From contig NIVC01000952.1 in the NCBI GenBank assembly GCA_002269645.1, positions 524,967 through 588,966 on the forward strand: a stretch of DNA of 64,000 bases. Direction: 5' to 3'. Source of the DNA: Macrostomum lignano (Eukaryota). The notes below the pieces were generated by a model, which was not told the origin of the DNA, searched no databases, and saw nothing but the letters and a program-made list of their open reading frames with translations. The translations under genes were made by a program, and so were the position numbers. Positions 1-8,055 of the stretch are shown here, in pieces; position 1 is the stretch's first letter; every line of letters begins with the position of its first letter.

Positions 1-691
1 AGAGCACCTTGAGACACCAACCGTGAGTCGATAGAGAGAGCAGTAGCTTGACCAGGAGGTAGAACTGGAGCTGACCGCGTTGAGCCCGACCTGCATTACA
101 ATATATAACTAACGTATTGTCGTATTTATAAATTCTGGGTGTAATCCCAAGCATGCAGTGGGAGATCGCGCGAATATGACCACTAGGCCCTAATAAACAC
201 AGGCCAGTACATACCAGTATGTGTGTGTGAGCACAGCGTGCTCGAGGTGTGAAAGAGATAGAGCGAGGTGATAACGTGTGGGTAGGCTGAGCTATGCGTT
301 GCATTTTAAAATGAATGTATGAATCCAATGAGAGATGTGCTATTAAAAACGACTATGCACACATGGAGGCGCATTATTGAATATACGAGTACAGTACAGC
401 GATATTATATATACACGTAAGCGATATATTATTACTAGGATTAGCACTGTGCTATGAGAGAGAGGGGAGCGGGGGAGAGAAAGAAAGAGAGAGAGAAAGA
501 GAGAGAGCGAGTGAGAGAGAGATATATATAGAGGGAGAAGGGGATATTTGCAATGCTTTCTATTATAATGCGTAAAAAAACTTGGTGCTATAAATTTGTT
601 ATTCTTGCATTCGTTTTTAACTGCAATTGCTTTTTTTATTTTAAGCGCTACCAGGGTAGCCCGCCCTATCACTGCTTATTCAATATATGTC

Positions 692-800
692 TGTCGCCGA
701 AGTGATCCAAATGTGTCGCCGAAATGACTGTCGCCGAAATGACTTGTCGCCGAAGTGACTGTCGCCGAAGTGACCTGTCGCCGAAGTGATCGGTGACCCC
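692..800. repeat. Six ~15-bp tandem units (TGTCGCCGAARTGA), probably the subterminal array of one end of a DNA transposon
   Basis: Units start near 692, 714, 729, 745, 760 and 776, ending at ...cggtgacccc. No matching opposite end found. Confidence 0.6.
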
Positions 801-1954
801 ATAGGCCTAGGCCGATTTTCAAGGTGCTTTTGCCAAGACATGGGGTTTTGACTAGGCCTATAACTGTAAAAATATAGTTTTATACTGCTTTAATTCTTAA
901 ATTCTTAGGAGAGAAGTAATGAAATTGACTGCATGACGCAGAGCTCGCTCTCGCTGCTGCAATCAGATTTGAAGTTTTTTATTCCATTTTAAAATACAGC
1001 CTCCATAAAACAAAAACTTTGGTATAGTTTTAATCAGTAGCAAAGAAGTACAAACTTAAGTCATAAATATAAATAAGGCTTCCTTAAATATTTAATATTC
1101 TAATATTTTTTAATATTCTTTAATTAATTTTATTAAAACTTTCTGGGTAGCCTTAACTAACTTTTGATTGTTTTGAACATGCAGATGCAATGATCACCCA
1201 GTGATTGTTCAAAGCCTGCAGTTTGTCAGGTGGAATCTCTGACAAACTAGGTTGTTGCGCCGGAATAGTGCAACCTAGGAATCCGAAATTCAAGATATCC
1301 ACTATAATCTTTTGCTGAACACCTTCTTTAAACAAGAATCGTCTCCAGCCAGCCAGCCCTCTGAATTCAACGATTCTTTACATATGCTGCCAGAAGATCG
1401 GGTTTCCCTAAGGGCTGATGAAAGTTAAGCCTTAAACGAAGTTAAAGCTGATGCAGACACATGTGGTCGACGCGTTTCGATGAAATTTGGAGGTTGACCA
1501 GGGCCGCACTGAGGCGCAGTGCTGATTGGCGCACAAGTAGTACATTTGAATGCACTATAGCGCCAGTAAAGAAAAAATCTAACCCAGCAGAATCACTGAT
1601 ATATCAACGCTCCAGAGGGCTGGTGACTTTTTGATTCTTGTTTGAGAAGGTGCGAAACAAAAGCTGGTTAGTTGATCTAAATTCCAGACCCCGGGGTAGT
1701 TCAACGATTGGCGGAATAAACAAATTTGTGTTTCACTGATATTCACTTCAATGTACAAGTATATCTACATGTAAAACACAGTGAAAAAATTTGTCCAGAG
1801 GAGGCTCATCGTATAAGTTAGACAGCACAACGCCCACATGCTCATGAAAATGTACCATTGCAAAAAAATTTATTATAGCTACTGTATCAAGTTTTAGCCG
1901 ATATGTGCTGTACATGTATAGTCATGTTTAATCCGCGTTTTTACTGTGTCTTAA

Positions 1955-2087
1955 GGCTCGTTCACACTGCCATCAAATATGACCAAATTTCGTGTGATCA
2001 TACAATTTTTTTACATCAAATTTGATTTCTTTGTACATTGGGACTCATGTGATTTGGTTGCTTGTTTGATGGCAGTTTGAATGAGCC
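1955..2087. mobile_element. 133-bp PIF/Harbinger (Tourist-like) MITE
   Basis: 23-bp TIRs GGCTCGTTCACACTGCCATCAAA / TTTGATGGCAGTTTGAATGAGCC (21/23 match), with TAA on both sides (1952-1954, 2088-2090). Confidence 0.8.
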
Positions 2088-2656
2088 TAAATTTGACAGT
2101 TGGCGATGATATACATGTAGTAAGTAAGCTTAGTGCCGCCTCTGCATAGCCAGTAATGAAAGTTGGTAAGTAATTTTTTTCTCCGCTGTCTATTTTAACG
2201 CTGCAAAAGCCGCTCGAAATTCAAAATCATAGATTTTAAGCCGTATAACTTTTTATTTTATACGAAACAAAAATATGCAGGAATAATTCATTTTTAAACA
2301 GCAGTTTTCTTTTTTAATTTTCGGTAGTTTTTAAACGTTGGAATTATAATCATAGTGAATTCGCTTTTGTTACCATGTTGATTAGACAAAATTATAACGA
2401 TCGTACATGCACACGTAACTAAGAATACTCGTACACAGCTTGCTCATACTAAAAGAAAAGCATTCGGCTTCCAAAGCGTTTGAACATCCTTGATGCAATA
2501 AAAAACTTGAATATATGGAAAACGTAATGCATAAACCTCCAAAACATTTTTAAGACCTTATATCATATTATTATAGGATTAAAAAGTTGATTCGTAGGTC
2601 TATGCAATTCGCAAAATAAGCATTCAGTTTTAAGGAGCCGTTTTATTCAGCATCAG

Positions 2657-2777
2657 TCAGCAGTAGTTGATCAGCGCGATCAGCACAGCGCCGACCACCA
2701 GGAAGTTCGCAGTCCGCAGTCTCAAGCCTTGCTTTTTGATAGTCGGCGGACAGTCGTTGCCGCCGTTGCTCTCTGGC
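2657..2777 (-). CDS. Displaced C-terminal end of the VWDE-like gene (hydrophobic, GPI-signal-like tail)
   Basis: Removing the LTR element and one TGCA copy joins 13367 to 2777 in frame: ...AEGL-Q-PESNGGNDCPPTIKKQGLRLRTANFLVVGAVLIALINYC*, with the stop at 2657-2659. Confidence 0.8.
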
Positions 2778-2781
2778 TGCA

Positions 2782-3637
2782 TGTAGAGTGTTCTACCTCC
2801 CGTTAAAAAAGGAAAAAAGAAGATAATCGTATAATACTACTATAAGTAAGTAAGTACACGCATGTGCGCCTAAGCTTTGAATGAATCACGCTACCAGAAA
2901 AAGATGTTACCAGAATAATACGCCATGAGCCATTTTCCCCTTTTAGCGCAACACGTGAATTGTCATGATACTATTTTGGATCAAAAACTTGTCTATAAAT
3001 ACAAGCGATCTGAAGCGGTACCGGAGCCATTCTCCCCACGGAAGAGGAGCGCTCCGAAGAGGAAGCCTTAGGAGGACTTCCTGATATACCAAGTCAATCG
3101 AGACTCGGTCGAGTTGTTGCGGTAAGCCTTCCTTATTTGCGCCGTTGTGTTAGAGACGTCTCGCTCAAGTCTATTGAGACTTGAGTCTATTTGAGTCTGT
3201 TGAGACTCTTGAGTCTGTTTAGACTCCATTGGTTGCAGTCTCCAGAAGGACTGCCCCTGATAGATCTTAGAGGACTATCTGTGGTTTCCGGAGCTATACC
3301 TAGAGTGCATAGAGGCACTGCTAGAAGAAGGAGGCTTAATTTAGACCGCAGTTTGGCGCAGGGATCCCACTGTTAATTCGGAAGCTTCCCATTGGTCCGA
3401 GCGACAGAATCCGGCCGGAACTATTTGAAGAAGAAAGAAGAATCGGACCCGATCTACAAACGAAAGTCAGAAGTGACTATACGAGAGCAACTGAAGACAA
3501 TCGAGAACTACTCCGAGAGATCTCCAAAGGACTCAAGGTAATTGAATACCTTCTGTTGACTTACTGGGTTGCCTAGCTGCTGAGCTAGAAGTGATTGTTC
3601 CTTGATTATCGAAAGTCGGGTAATAAGGAACACATCA
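2782..3637 (+). repeat. 5' LTR (856 bp)
   Basis: TGTAGAGTG...AACACATCA, identical by eye to 12511-13366. TATA-like TATAAATA near 2995. Confidence 0.97.
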
Positions 3638-3639
3638 AT

Positions 3640-3650
3640 TGGTGATCTCG
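3640..3650 (+). promoter_or_regulatory. Primer-binding site, tRNA-Trp-like
   Basis: TGGTGATCTCG starts 2 nt after the LTR. It resembles the TGGTGACCCCG complement of the tRNA-Trp 3' end with two G:U wobbles; the tRNA identity is tentative. Confidence 0.65.
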
Positions 3651-4352
3651 CCCTCTCGGCACTACTCAAACCTTGAGCAATAGCCTGGCCAAGCTATTGT
3701 AAAGTGACGACAGAGCGACTTCATTAATTTTGCGCGCACGTGTTAGAGTTAACACTTTTCAAGTCCGTACGTTTTGAAACTCGAGTAAAAAATTTTGGTG
3801 TACAGGTTTGAGCACCTGTCAAATTTGAGTACAGTTTGAGCACGCGTGTTAAATTTTGTTTTAACGAGCTCGAGCAAGTGTGAGTTAAAATAAAACTGAA
3901 ATTAAATTCATCGGTACACTGAAAACAAACCGAAAATAAAAGAATCGTCGACGCAAAACAAACAAAAAAATAACGGAAACATTTTGCCGGCACAAAAAAC
4001 TAAAACCGAAATTAATTGAAACTTCGTGAAGAGCGGAGTTAAGTGACAAAAGAGAGAGAGTCAAAGAAGAAAAAAAAAAAGAATTTGCAAAGCAAGAAGA
4101 CAAGTCCATCCTAACTTGAAGATACACTTTGCGGGACGCCGCATAAGTGCGAAATCAGCAAGCGAACAGAACAAGTTCATTTGAGGACAACCAGTGGCAG
4201 CAAGCCACACCGCATCCGAGGCCAGCGAATAACAAATCGACACCACAAGACAATTCGTTACAGTCGAGGTTTATTCCGAGGCAAACACCACACTGGACGA
4301 TCCGTTACAAATCGATCCAGATCTTGAACTACCGTTCTATCCTATCAACAAC

Positions 4353-5201
4353 ATGGCGCGGCGCAATCCAACGGTACACAGAGACATCAAAGAAACGGTC
4401 GGTACCTTCTCGATGGAGAAAGATTTTAACACATTTGTCGACCACTTTGACCTGGTATGTAGGGAATACAACCTACAAAATCCAGAGAAGGCACAGCTGC
4501 TGCCACCTCTTCTCCAAGGTACTGCGCGAGAAATTTACGGCAAGCTGGATGCAGCAACACAGCAAAATTATCCAGCACTAATCATTCAACTGCGCGCGCA
4601 TTTCAACCGTTGCGGCACAAACAGATCAGTGCTGCTGCACAAGTTACATAACAGAAGGATGCAAGCAACAGAATCCTTCCTCGCCTTTGTGGACGATATC
4701 CGCCAGATAATTAAGGCACTGCATCAGCCACCGCTGCAAGCTGCGGACCAACCGCCACTGGGAGCGGCAGAATTGGCCGCCAGAGAAAGACAACGATTGA
4801 TGGATCGCGAACAAAACCTCATCCTGCACGTAATAAACAACGCACAGCCGTCACTTCGGGATAGACTTTTGCGTGAAAATATCGAAACCGAAGAAGACCT
4901 TTTGCGGTGCGGAATGCAGTGGGAAGCCAGTGCCCCATTAATGACGACAGGCAACAATGAAGTGCAGAAACTGACGCAGCAACTAAACAAGTTAATGCAG
5001 CACCAGACAGCTGCTATCGCCGAACAAAAAAGACGAAATGAACAAGCCCAGCCAGATGTTACTACTGCGGACAAGAAGGACATTATCAGATTAATTGTCC
5101 TCATTGGTCAACAAGATACGACAAGCCGCGACAGATATTCAACAATCAGAAGCCGCAGAAACCATGGCAGCAATATCAAAATCGCCAACAACAAAGCATA
5201 A
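4353..5201 (+). CDS. gag: Gag capsid region; the real Gag continues in the -1 frame from ~5050
   Basis: Gag-like helical ORF (FSMEKDFNTFVDHFDLVCREYNL...LLQGTAREIY...MQATESFLAFVDDI). A CCHC knuckle follows in the next frame. Confidence 0.9.
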   Translation: MARRNPTVHRDIKETVGTFSMEKDFNTFVDHFDLVCREYNLQNPEKAQLLPPLLQGTAREIYGKLDAATQQNYPALIIQLRAHFNRCGTNRSVLLHKLHNRRMQATESFLAFVDDIRQIIKALHQPPLQAADQPPLGAAELAARERQRLMDREQNLILHVINNAQPSLRDRLLRENIETEEDLLRCGMQWEASAPLMTTGNNEVQKLTQQLNKLMQHQTAAIAEQKRRNEQAQPDVTTADKKDIIRLIVLIGQQDTTSRDRYSTIRSRRNHGSNIKIANNKA

Positions 5202-6574
5202 GACGCGTCGGAAATGATAGACGCTTCGGAAATAATGACCGCTCCGGAAATGATGGCCGCTTCGGAAACGAAGGCCGCTTCAGAAATAATGGCTACAGGC
5301 CACGCAATGCCAGGTACGCACAAAGACAGCCAACGCAAGCAATGCCACGATACGCGAATGCCATCACGTACACACCGGAAAATGAGCAGCAGGAACAGCA
5401 AGTGTTCACAATTGACGACTTGGAAATGGACTTCACAGTCCCGGAACTTGACATCAGCTTGATCGAAAAGAAGACGACGCACGAGGACAACACTGACAAC
5501 ACAGAAGAGGCGAATGAAACCGAAATGATCGAATTAAAAGAGACCACCGGAGACAGCAGAGAAAACAGGAAGAAAGTAAATCACAAGAAAAGGGAGGAGA
5601 CGGAGAGCGACACCGGCAACGAAGAAAAGATGAAGACTGGCAGAGAAAACAACTATGAATCGACAACAGTGGATGACGAAAAAACAAGCACGAAAGACAA
5701 AGAAATGAAGGAAGAAGAAGAATGTATAAGTTGCGGCAACGATCACGACTGCGAAGTGCATGATGATACGAATGGATACCGAGCCGAAGAAGGAATGCAG
5801 GAAGAACTGAGAGCGGAAAATCTAAGTTCCGACAGCGATCAAGGCTACGAAATACAATGGAAAGATGAAGAAATGGAAAAAGAACAAATGAAAGAAAAGC
5901 CGAGTTCCGACAGCGACGAATGCTACGAGATCCGATACAAACGAAATGGTGAAGCCTATATTCAAACGGTCGACTACAAGGCAGAGAAAAGATACCAAAC
6001 GCAATGGAGTGAAACAACGGAAACATCGGAAGAAGCTACAGACGAAGATACTGAAATAACCAAAGAGCAAAGCAAATCAGAAGCCTTCCGCCTGAATCAG
6101 CCAATGGAACAACCGAAAGAATACGATGCGGACATGGAGGATAACGAATGGCAATCGCAGCCAATGCCAGCAAAGACAACGGCAAGGTCCAAGAAGTGGA
6201 AAAACTGGCTGCTCTGGATCATCGTGATACTACTGATAGCAGTAGTCGCCAAAGCAACGGCAATGGAGAAACCAATGATATGTCCAACGGATGCGCATAT
6301 CCAACCAATGATCTACAAGATACCAACCGACATCAAATGCAGCTACTTCAAGACAAACCAGACGAAGCCAAAGAAGATCACAATTGATCTCTACAAAGCT
6401 AACATCAAGAAGCATCGACAACTCGGAATAGTGTGCTTTAGAGACAAGCACCTAGTGGAAAAAGTTTGGCGAGGACAGTGGAACAGAATTCGATTTTGGC
6501 AACACGAACACATGTGTCGCACGCTGAATGTCTACAATGGAACCAAACACTGTTCTCAAAGGATGGTCAGCTAG
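5048..6574 (+). CDS. Gag zinc knuckle, R-x-G-N repeats, acidic spacer, Env signal peptide and Env N-terminus
   Basis: CYYCGQEGHYQINC at 5057-5098 is in frame with ORF 5342..6574. Five 18-nt repeats at 5204-5293. KKWKNWLLWIIVILLIAVVAKATA at 6191-6262, then MICP...KC. Confidence 0.85.
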   Translation, partial: PARCYYCGQEGHYQINCPHWSTRYDKPRQIFNNQKPQKPWQQYQNRQQQSIRRVGNDRRFGNNDRSGNDGRFGNEGRFRNNGYRPRNARYAQRQPTQAMPRYANAITYTPENEQQEQQVFTIDDLEMDFTVPELDISLIEKKTTHEDNTDNTEEANETEMIELKETTGDSRENRKKVNHKKREETESDTGNEEKMKTGRENNYESTTVDDEKTSTKDKEMKEEEECISCGNDHDCEVHDDTNGYRAEEGMQEELRAENLSSDSDQGYEIQWKDEEMEKEQMKEKPSSDSDECYEIRYKRNGEAYIQTVDYKAEKRYQTQWSETTETSEEATDEDTEITKEQSKSEAFRLNQPMEQPKEYDADMEDNEWQSQPMPAKTTARSKKWKNWLLWIIVILLIAVVAKATAMEKPMICPTDAHIQPMIYKIPTDIKCSYFKTNQTKPKKITIDLYKANIKKHRQLGIVCFRDKHLVEKVWRGQWNRIRFWQHEHMCRTLNVYNGTKHCSQRMVS

Positions 6575-8055
6575 AACCGGATGAGAAAGTGGGGGAGGCA
6601 CAACTTTACCGAACGAAGAACTCAGCAAACGGACGATATGTACACTTTTCGGAAGCATGGACTAACTACATGACACGAAACAGTTACCTAATCAGGAATA
6701 TTCCATTCTATCACAATCCTTTTGAAAAAATGGAGTCGCTACAACTGCAATTAAGCGACTGCCGATACAGCAAAGGATGGTGTCCAACACCAATTCTACG
6801 GAAGGAAGAATTACACAGTCTACCACTGAGTCCAACATATCATCAAAACTATCGATGGCAGATTGAGCACAGAGCACACTCACACTATGAGGAACCGTAC
6901 AAGTCACGACAATATTTCTTCGCATGGGAAGTAGAGCCGGAAATTGACTGCAAGCTTCAAAAGTATCACACAGTGGAAGGAGGACTACTGTCGAATACAT
7001 TTTTGGCAAAAGCAGGAGACTTGGCCTTGACGTTTCAAAAGAAGCCGGACGAACAAGAACTCAAATGCAAGAATACGGACAAGACGCTGTTCATCTCGGA
7101 GCAAGAAATACCAGTCTATGTAAAGGATGGTGACAAACAAACCTTCCTGGCAATCATAAACGGAACATATCAGCAACAAGAAAGACAGCGACGCGACATA
7201 GAACGTCCACGATTGGTGTCGAACCGACTACTGTCAGCAAAGATCACGGCTTTAGATCACAATCTGCATAACCAGCTAAATCACCTACATCGATCACTGG
7301 TTCAGTTAACTTGCAAGATGCACGCAATCAACTTGAACTACGCAAGACAAAACTACTATGTCAACCCTACGATGACATTTCGCAAGATCACTGGAATGAG
7401 AGAGGTTCTGGCAATTCCGATATATGGACATCTCCTGATATACAAGTGCACGCCGATACAGCACTTCAACATCTTGCCGTCGAATACTTCAACAACTTGC
7501 TACGACAAGCCGAGAATTGAAGCATTCTACGAAGGCAAAAGGATCCAAGGATTCTTGGACACGGTACACAACATTATCGTTGGCACCGCCATACCAAGAC
7601 CGTGCACCACGGCAGCAAACTACTATCAACTGGACAATGCACTACACGTCATCAAAACAACTGGAACGACAGCAAACGTCACAGAACCGGAAGTAATCGT
7701 CGACGAAAACTACGACATGGAGGATTTGAAAATCCGATTCAACAGAACGAAGTATACGCCATTCGCCGATATCCAACTTGACGAGATAACACCAGGATGG
7801 ACGATCAACGACTTCTTGCAAGCGTTCATCACCCAACGTAAGATGATTCACCAGCTGTTCACAAGAAAGGACAAAGGAACCGGGACAGGAAGATTTCCCG
7901 TCCTTGTTTCAATGGACAGCGCCATCAAATCATTTTGGACAAATAGCTTCTGGGAGCTGCTCAATGGAAGAGGCAGTCTCTATCAAGGATTCATCTTCTA
8001 CGGTGCTTGCATTGTGTGGATTGTCACGGCAATCTTCATCATTTCATCGATCGTA
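6191..8055 (+). CDS. env: Envelope glycoprotein, class III (gB-like), with one -1 break in the 6466-6574 overlap
   Basis: Signal peptide; Cys-rich ectodomain; six N-glycosylation sequons (NQT x2, NGT, NTS, NVT, NRT); furin site RQRR at 7183-7194; gB-like helix ...CKMHAINLNYARQNYYVNP...KC...CYDKP; TM at 7990-8055. Confidence 0.8.

Noticed and set aside
1-310. Possible LTR remnant at the window edge
   Set aside because: No partner repeat, TSD or coding context visible.
1153-1750. Protein-like fragments on the - strand
   Set aside because: Interrupted by stops, with no motif I can recognise.
3191-3376. Identical 61-aa ORF here and at 12920-13105
   Set aside because: A duplicate only because it lies in the LTR; TTG start and no recognisable motif.
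5108-6658. Hydrophobic antisense ORFs over gag/env
   Set aside because: Expected shadow of an A-rich, charged coding strand.
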